Below are positions 60,506-64,000 of a stretch of DNA of 64,000 nucleotides, piece by piece. Origin of the DNA: Eutreptiella sp. 'Long Island Sound 2002' (Eukaryota > Protista > Euglenida). Under the pieces are notes generated by a model, which saw nothing but the letters and a program-made list of their open reading frames with translations, was not told the origin of the DNA and searched no databases. The stretch lies in assembly GCA_964036045.1 (NCBI GenBank), contig OZ038379.1:20646001-20710000 (forward strand), given 5' to 3'. Both the position numbers and the translations under genes were made by a program. Positions within the stretch are counted from its first letter, which is position 1. Every line of letters starts with the position of its first letter.

Positions 60506-61356
60506 CAGATCACCTACATGTGAACCCTGCATCCAGCTACCGCCGTTGACCACTGCCTTTAACCCCATGCCAGCAAAGGACCCTAGTATTGCACCACTGG
60601 GGGGCCTTCTGCATTGTACTCTAGCGCTGGACCTAATCAGGGCCCTTTGTACGGGCACAAGGAACGCGAAAATCCAGTTTACGACATCCGTATGCAACAC
60701 AAATCACCTCGCAGAGGTTGTTAGATCAAAGCCAGGCAGGCGTATATATGGCGAAAACGCCACATACCCCCCCACTTTGGCTTTTTTGGGCCTATTCGCG
60801 TACCCTACCCCAAGGGCGTGAATTGTTAGTTTAACCCCTTGTAAAATCATTATTTTGTCCAATAAACGCATCCCCCAATGAGTTTTTGGTCCGGACCCCC
60901 CTAGACCCCCCCCACTTGAAACCCACTTTTTTGAGGTTTTCATGGAGGAGGGGGGGGGTGGGGGGGTGGGGGGGTGGGGGTGGGGGTCAAAAAATGACCC
61001 CCCCTTTTTTTGGGGTCGAAAATCATGAATCTTTTGGTTTTTTTCGATTTTGAGCCGAAAAAGTGTTTCCGGGTCCCGACTCCATAGGGTTTGTATGGGG
61101 CGGAGTGGGACGAGCGCTTATGCAGTTTATGCATTTTTTGGCCATTTTTGCTATGTTGGCGATTTTGGCGACCTCGGTGACCCCGTGGTACCCACTCCGA
61201 GGGGTGCGAGTGGGGATGTTGTGACAGTATATGCCTCCTAGGATATGGAGGAACGTTTTTTGCACTCTGTAGCCTTGCCCAGGGCTGCTGAAATGCCTTG
61301 CCAAAGACGCGAAATGGCTGTTTCCACCAACAATGGGCTAGTGAATGCGCCGGTCC

Positions 61357-62120
61357 ACAACCTGCTTATGCGGTTTTTCACCCTCGGCAGCTCAAAAATC
61401 GAAGTTTTCAAAAGTTGTTTTTTTGCTATTGTGACCACCTAAAATGACCATCTAAGCTATGTAAAGCATGTTTTAGGCCGTATTTATGTGTTTTTCACCT
61501 GATTTGGGTATTAGGTCCGGGGGGGGGGGGGGGCAGGGGGGTCTCCCAAGGGATTGGTACACAACCTGCTCATGCAGTTTTGCACCCTAGGCAGCTCAAG
61601 CACCCTAGGCAGCTCAAAAATCAAAATTTTCGAAAGTTGTTTTTATGATATTGTGCCGACATGATATGACCATCCAAGGTATGTAAAGCATGTTTTAGAC
61701 CGTATTTACGTGTTTTTCACCCGATTTGGGTATTAGGTCCCGGGGGGGGGGGGTCTCCCAAAGGATTGGTACACAACCTGCTTATGTAGTTTTGCACCCT
61801 AGGCAGCTCAAAAATCGAAGTTTTCGAAACTTGTTTTTATGATATTGTGACGACATGATATGACCCTCCAAGGTATGTAAAGCATGTTTTAGGTTGTATT
61901 TAGGTATTTTTCAGCCTATTTGGGTATTAGGTCCGGGGGGGGGGGGGGCTCCCAAGGGATTGGTACACAACCTGTTTGTGCAGTTTTTCACTCTGGGCAG
62001 CTCAAAAATCGAAGTTTTCGAAACTTGTTTTTTTGATATCGTCACCACTTAAAATGACCATCCAAGGTATGTAAAGCATTTTTTAGGCCGTATTTATGTA
62101 GTTTTCACCCTATTTAGGGT
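61357..62120. repeat. Tandem repeat of 194-212 bp units, about 4 copies
   Basis: Units start ACAACCTG at 61357, 61561, 61773 and 61967; each has GGCAGCTCAAAAATC.AA.TTTTC and GGGTATTAGGTCC(G)n. Confidence 0.9.
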
Positions 62121-63561
62121 GTGTTTGGCTTGGGGTAGATTCTCTGCGAGGTGGACTTGCCGAAGGCAATAGAATTGCCATTTTTCATCCAAAAATGGCC
62201 ATTTTTGGGTCAAAAATGGTGCTGTTGGCCCTTGGATCCACAGTCCAGGACCCCCCTCACATACGGCTGATTTTAGACGGTATCAAGCCTGCATTCATGA
62301 TGTGGGGGCCAGAATTTTTCCACTTTTGTAGGTCCGGGGAGGGGGGGGGGGAAACAGCAGAAAATGAACTCTTTATAGTATGATTTACCAAAAAAAGTGG
62401 TAGTTTCATCTGTCGCTGGTTTGGGGATTTTTGGACCCGTATGGACCAAAATGTGCCAGCAGTGTTACTGCTGCGTTGGACCCCTGCATTGGACCTTCAA
62501 ATTAGATTCCTACATTGGACCACTGCGTCACAACCCGGGTATGTTTCACCCGTGCATTAAACTCCTGTGTTGCCCTCCTGCCCAGCCCCCCCCCCCCCCT
62601 TCTGCCCTGCCCCTGGAACCCCTGCAGCACTATTGGACCAACTACATGGCCAGCGCTCAGAACTTATCCAACGCAAAATTGCTGCCATGAGCTCCCCCTG
62701 ACATGCAAATGGGTTTGTACTGTTGGGCGACCCTACTTTTGCACCAGGCAGAATACAACGTACGCTAGCACAGGGCTGAAAATCTTTCCCATTCCAATAA
62801 TTTTCCGCGATTCGGTGCTGGACATAGGTCGATGCATGCCATGCAGAGAGAGCATACACTGCTCAGCGTTGTATCCATATAGTGGTGCAATACCGCTTCA
62901 AAGATCACCTGACATCTGTATCAGGACTGCACATTACGTTGCATCTCGCGAGAATTGACGAAGCACTTAAGATATGCCGGCAGCCTTAAAGCCGCAGGAA
63001 AGCCTGGCGTGCCAGCCTTTTTCTCTTCCCTGTCTTGCGCGTCTGGTCTCCTTTTTTCCCCTATTTTTTCGGCGATTTCTTTCAGTGCTCCGTTGGTCTA
63101 CCGCACATTCACTTATGCTTCACTATGGAACCCATATTTACAGCCCAAATTCAGCCTGAGCCTCTGGTTTCCACGGGAAGTGCAACAGCACCTCAAGCAG
63201 AAAATTGGTCTTCCTTTTGTAAATATGCATTGATGAACCTCACATGTGGAATATTGTTTCGTATGGATTTGGGCGGGAAACCGCCATGCATAAAAAAAGG
63301 AACCTGGCCTACCACGGCCCACACAAAAACTGGCCATCCAACCAATTGGACCTCTGAAGCCTGTCAGGGCGAAGGTGGGGGCACTGCCACAGATGTTGTG
63401 GCATCCTTTGCACATCGCAACAGATGTTGTGTGGACCAGGACAAGATGCCAACGTGCTGCAGCACTACTCTGTTTCTTTTGGAGGGCTTTGTGAGAGGCC
63501 CTGGAGATTGGACACAGTACAAATGAGACAAAACAGAACTGCCCAATGAAAATGGCGATAC

Positions 63562-64000
63562 TCATTCCGCATGCACCGTCAGAGTGGCAGACCTCCCGAA
63601 CACCTCTGGGCTGAGCACCTCCTCAGCAGTCGCAGGGGGTGCTATGAATTCTCCAAGGCCTGTGACCTGCGCCACATACGAATATGTGTGTGCGCCCTCC
63701 CAGACTCGCCCTGCAAACGCCTCAACCCGCTCGTCTCGGAGGTTGTCATGATCGTACCACCGCCAATAACAGCAGCGGCCGGCAGCAGGCGGCGTGCCCC
63801 CCAACTCCGGAGTTCCAGCCAAGGCCGGATTCAGAGGCTCCAGACAGGCCGGCAGCTTGTCCACAAGAGCCACCCTGTGCCGCACCATGCGGGTCTCAAG
63901 GGTCAGCGTGACCTCTATCAGGCGCCCAGACTTCAGCTTGTAGCCCTGGGCCGTGGTCTGCACGTCCTCGGGGTCCTGAAGGGCTTTGTACGTGCGCTGC
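63562..64000 (-). CDS. C-terminal end of a bacterial-type alpha-2-macroglobulin-like protein (YfhM/YfaS-like), running off the window
   Basis: QRTYKALQDPEDV...SGRLIEVTLTL...RVALVDKLPACLEPLNPAL...WYDHDNLRDERVEAFA...YSYVAQVTGLGEFIAPPATAEEVLSPEVFGRS*; these motifs match the bacterial A2M C-terminal domain (VALVDPLPAGLE.lN; RDDR..aF; F..PPA.aEeMY.PevfGRS). Confidence 0.85.
   Translation of the reverse strand, partial: QRTYKALQDPEDVQTTAQGYKLKSGRLIEVTLTLETRMVRHRVALVDKLPACLEPLNPALAGTPELGGTPPAAGRCCYWRWYDHDNLRDERVEAFAGRVWEGAHTYSYVAQVTGLGEFIAPPATAEEVLSPEVFGRSATLTVHAE

Overview
A 64-kb piece of repeat-rich, intron-containing eukaryotic nuclear DNA, almost certainly from a euglenid: two near-exact matches to the Euglena spliced-leader (SL) sequence are present (49529-49555, - strand; 57314-57334, + strand). 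The dominant feature is one complete 15-exon gene (18411-41363, +, all GT-AG introns, about 1466 aa by my exon sum). It encodes an NLR-like protein: an N-terminal MGGNCCK acylation motif, a low-complexity linker, a NACHT/STAND NTPase, a RelA/SpoT-like nucleotidyltransferase domain apparently inserted into the NACHT module, and ten RI-type LRRs, each on its own symmetric phase-1 exon of 84 nt (one is 81 nt). Other coding sequences: an mTERF gene (8426-9303 plus uncertain 5' exons) and the 3' end of a bacterial-type alpha-2-macroglobulin (63562-64000, -). Mobile DNA with recognisable boundaries: a Mutator/foldback-like element with TIRs and a 9-bp TSD that carries an 85-bp satellite and an ORF (14074-16307); a full-length retrocopy of an SL-trans-spliced mRNA with a 16-bp TSD (46610-49555); a non-autonomous LTR element with 438-bp LTRs and a 5-bp TSD that carries an H+-PPase fragment and an SL relic (53275-57865); a hAT transposase relic; and a telomere-motif-linked macro-repeat array. 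All calls come from manual reading and motif recognition; no database or HMM search was run, and repeat edges are approximate unless a TSD or splice site fixes them.
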